From Octopus vulgaris (Eukaryota), in the NCBI GenBank assembly GCA_951406725.2, contig OX597820.1:114948001-115012000 (forward strand): a stretch of 64,000 nt of DNA, in the 5' to 3' direction. The translations under genes were made by a program, and so were the position numbers. The first letter of the stretch is position 1, and every line of letters starts with the position of its first letter. The notes below the pieces were generated by a model, which worked only from the letters and a program-made list of their open reading frames with translations, was not told where the DNA came from and did not search any database. This document shows, piece by piece, positions 61,455 through 64,000 of the stretch.

Positions 61455-61825
61455 GAGAAAGGGGAGAAGCAGGAACTGGTTTGTCCGGCTTATATAGATT
61501 GGCTTTTTTATAGCCAATAGAAGTGGCCTGAGGTTTGTCAAAGACAACTTGCATTACAGTGTGGTAATGTCAACACCAGCATCCACTTTACTGTTCCCAC
61601 AAGTGTTCAGCCACCCGTTACACCTGCCAAAACACCTGCCTCGCTCCTAACTTCTATCCTGCTCTCACAACTGTCCTATTGTTAGAGTGGATATGGAAAA
61701 CCTAGCTGAGATAAAAGAGAACACCTAGGGGATTCTTACATTCAATAACACATGGTCGGTGTGGTGATTAGCAATAATTTAATCCTTTCTACCAAAGCAC
61801 AAGGCCTGAAATTTTGGGGGAGGGG

Positions 61826-63487
61826 ACCATGGACTTGCCAAGGGATACAATCTCCTCCACCGCTGCCATTTCAAGTTCAAGGCTTTCAAAGTTTGTTTCA
61901 GACACAACCTCAGGCCACAGCTTCTTCCACACAGAGGTCAAAGTTCTCTTTGAAACACCCTGCCAGGTCATATCCATAATTCTGAGGCATATCACGATGT
62001 TATAGCGGTCCTTCCAGAACTCTCGAATGGTTTGTGCTCTCCGTCACCTCAAAGCAGTGGTGCAACAGGTGTTTGGTGAAGAGCTTCTTGAAATTAGAAA
62101 TCACCTACTGGTCCATGGACTGCAGGATAGGGGTGGTGTTGGGTGGAAGGTAGAGAACCTTTATAAACTTGAACTCTTCAAGGATGTCATCTTTCAAGGT
62201 TAGGTGGGTGAGCGGGTGCATTGTCCAGGATGAAAACAGCTTGCAAGGGTAGTTATTTTCCTGGAGATATTTTTTAACATTAAGACCAAAGACAAAATTC
62301 ACCCACTCCACAAAGAACTACCTGGTGACCCATGCCCTTGGGTTTACCCACCACATAACCCAGAATCTTATGGGACTTGAAGGCTCTGAGGTTTTCCAAA
62401 TAATAAACAAGCAGTAGTTTAATCTTGCAGTCGCTGCTCGCATTGGCATATAGTGCAAAGGTTAGCCTACCCTTCATAGGTTTGTGGCCTAGCATCCTCT
62501 TCTCCTCTGCTGTTATCTAAGTCTTCCTTGGCATCTTCTTCCAAAAAAGTCCTGTCTCAGTTGAAGACTTGCTGGGGGATGTATCCTTTGGCTGCTATAA
62601 TTCCAGCAAAAGCTTTGAAGTAATCCTCAGCAGCCTTCATATCCACGCTCGCTGTCTCACCATCCCTGACAGAGAATAAATACTGGTCCTCTTTTTAAAA
62701 TTCTCGAATCATCTCCAACTGGCTTTAAATGGCTTGCCCGATGCCTCATCTGGACAAGTGCCTGGGGTCAGCTGCAGCAAACCAGCGTAAATAGCTTGTG
62801 CCTTCTTGCAGATTATAGCCTCCACCATGGTATCTCCTGCAAGCTTTCAATGCCCTTGGCTGGCGTTATAACCTTTATCGACTCCTCCTACTTCAGTGTG
62901 GTGCAAATCGTAGAAGTGCTCAGCTCACACTGCTTCACCAAGTCAACTACATGCACACCTTGGTCATGATTTTCGATAATTTCTTTCAATGCACATCATC
63001 CGCTTCTTCTCAGCACTGTCCTTTGCACTCACTGTCTTCAGACCCATGGTTGGAAAAATGAAGTTTTGGAAAATAACTGCAAATACAATTGCGAGCACAA
63101 CAACACTGATTGCTTCTGTAGCCTGCAATGACTAAGTAAGCATTTTACTACCCATCTAGCTAACGATCCACTAACGATCCTCTAACGATCTTCGCACTTG
63201 CTAGCTATGCATGTCTGTCTAGCTATCAATCTACTAATGGTCTTTGTACTTGCTAACATGCATGTCTATCGAGCTATCGAGTAAGATGTGGGATGCTGGG
63301 TGGATGTTACAGCATTCACTGTGGTGTTCGCTACACCAACTCGTGGTCGGGTATCTGGTGGGGTATTTGAAGCTGGCTCAGAACCCGAATTTTAGCTTGC
63401 AACTCAAAGCAAAAAAAATCAGCTGAGAGACAGATCGTACTTCGAAAAAATTCATAGTTGGGACACTCATAAGCCAAGGTAGCACTG
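61826..63487 (-). mobile_element. Degenerate Tigger/pogo transposon
   Basis: ATG about 63047 (MGLKTVSAKDSAEKKR), then frameshifted GHKPMKGRLT, KVLYLPPNTTPILQSMDQ, SVWKKLWP. Candidate TIR CAGTGCTACCTTGGCTTATGAG at 63466-63487. Confidence 0.8.
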
Positions 63488-63797
63488 GACTTATTTTCTT
63501 TATAAGCCTGGCACTTATTCTATCGGTCACTTTTGCTGAGCTGCTAAGTTATGAGGATATAAACACACCTACACCGGTTGTCAAGCAGTGGTGAGGGACA
63601 CGCACACAAATATGTATACACGACAGTCTTCTTACAGTTTTTTATCTTCCAAATCCACTCACAAGGCTTTGGTTGGCCTGAGGCTATAGCAAAAGACATT
63701 TACCGAAGATACCATGCAGCAGGACTGAACCTGGAACCATGTGATTGGAAAGCAAGTTTCCTACAACACAGTCACAACTGCACTTTATATATATATA

Positions 63798-63883
63798 CTT
63801 TATTTAAAGCAGCAGAAAATTCAACAAAACGGGGAAACTCAGAGTAACAGGTTTTGTTGAATTTTCTGCTGCTTTAAATAAAG
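63798..63883. repeat. Perfect 33-bp inverted repeat with a 20-nt loop (Penelope-like inverted terminus)
   Basis: ctttatttaaagcagcagaaaattcaacaaaac and its exact reverse complement at 63851-63883. Confidence 0.9.
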
Positions 63884-64000
63884 CATATTACTCTACCCCT
63901 GGTATTTGAGTACTCTTTTTTCCACCTTGTTTCACATTTATGTGTTTACTCCAGTATATATATATTCTTTACTCTGTTATCTCCCCTACTTCTTACCTCT

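Noticed and set aside
60734-61554. Lys/Arg/Glu-rich, Phe/Leu/Ser-rich and HHHSLPS-repeat ORFs
   Set aside because: Stop-free simple and tandem repeats with no splice or homology support.

Overview
AT-rich, repeat-dense animal genomic DNA. The SINE, RTE and microsatellite content suggests an octopod cephalopod, but that is inference. Three host genes were reconstructed by reading splice sites: (1) the first two coding exons of a BRAT1-like gene (- strand, ATG 4535, running off the left edge); (2) a complete 14-exon UQCRC2 (cytochrome bc1 core protein 2; + strand, ATG 5316 to TAA 44014, 1368 nt, 455 aa, all introns GT-AG with consistent phase), head-to-head with BRAT1 across about 780 bp; (3) the terminal exon of a TXNDC15-like gene (- strand, 55244-55455), convergent with UQCRC2. 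The rest is mostly transposable elements: a TIR- and TSD-bounded hAT/Buster fossil carrying a young RTE LINE with an uninterrupted APE-RT-PHD-finger ORF, more RTE and CR1 fragments, SINEs, stacked Helitrons, mariner and Tigger remnants, Penelope-like pieces, and an internally deleted piggyBac whose terminal 23-mer is amplified 32-fold. The most unusual signals are two apparent chimeric retro-insertions in UQCRC2 introns: a CpG-rich foreign segment fused to a 35-nt SINE tail inside a 16-bp TSD, and a tRNA-Ser(GCT) fused to an RTE 3' tail. Also notable are the PHD finger inside the RTE RT region, the palindromic 23-bp array and several fold-back structures. No CRISPR or prokaryotic system is present. 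Gene and family names come from recalled similarity, not database searches.
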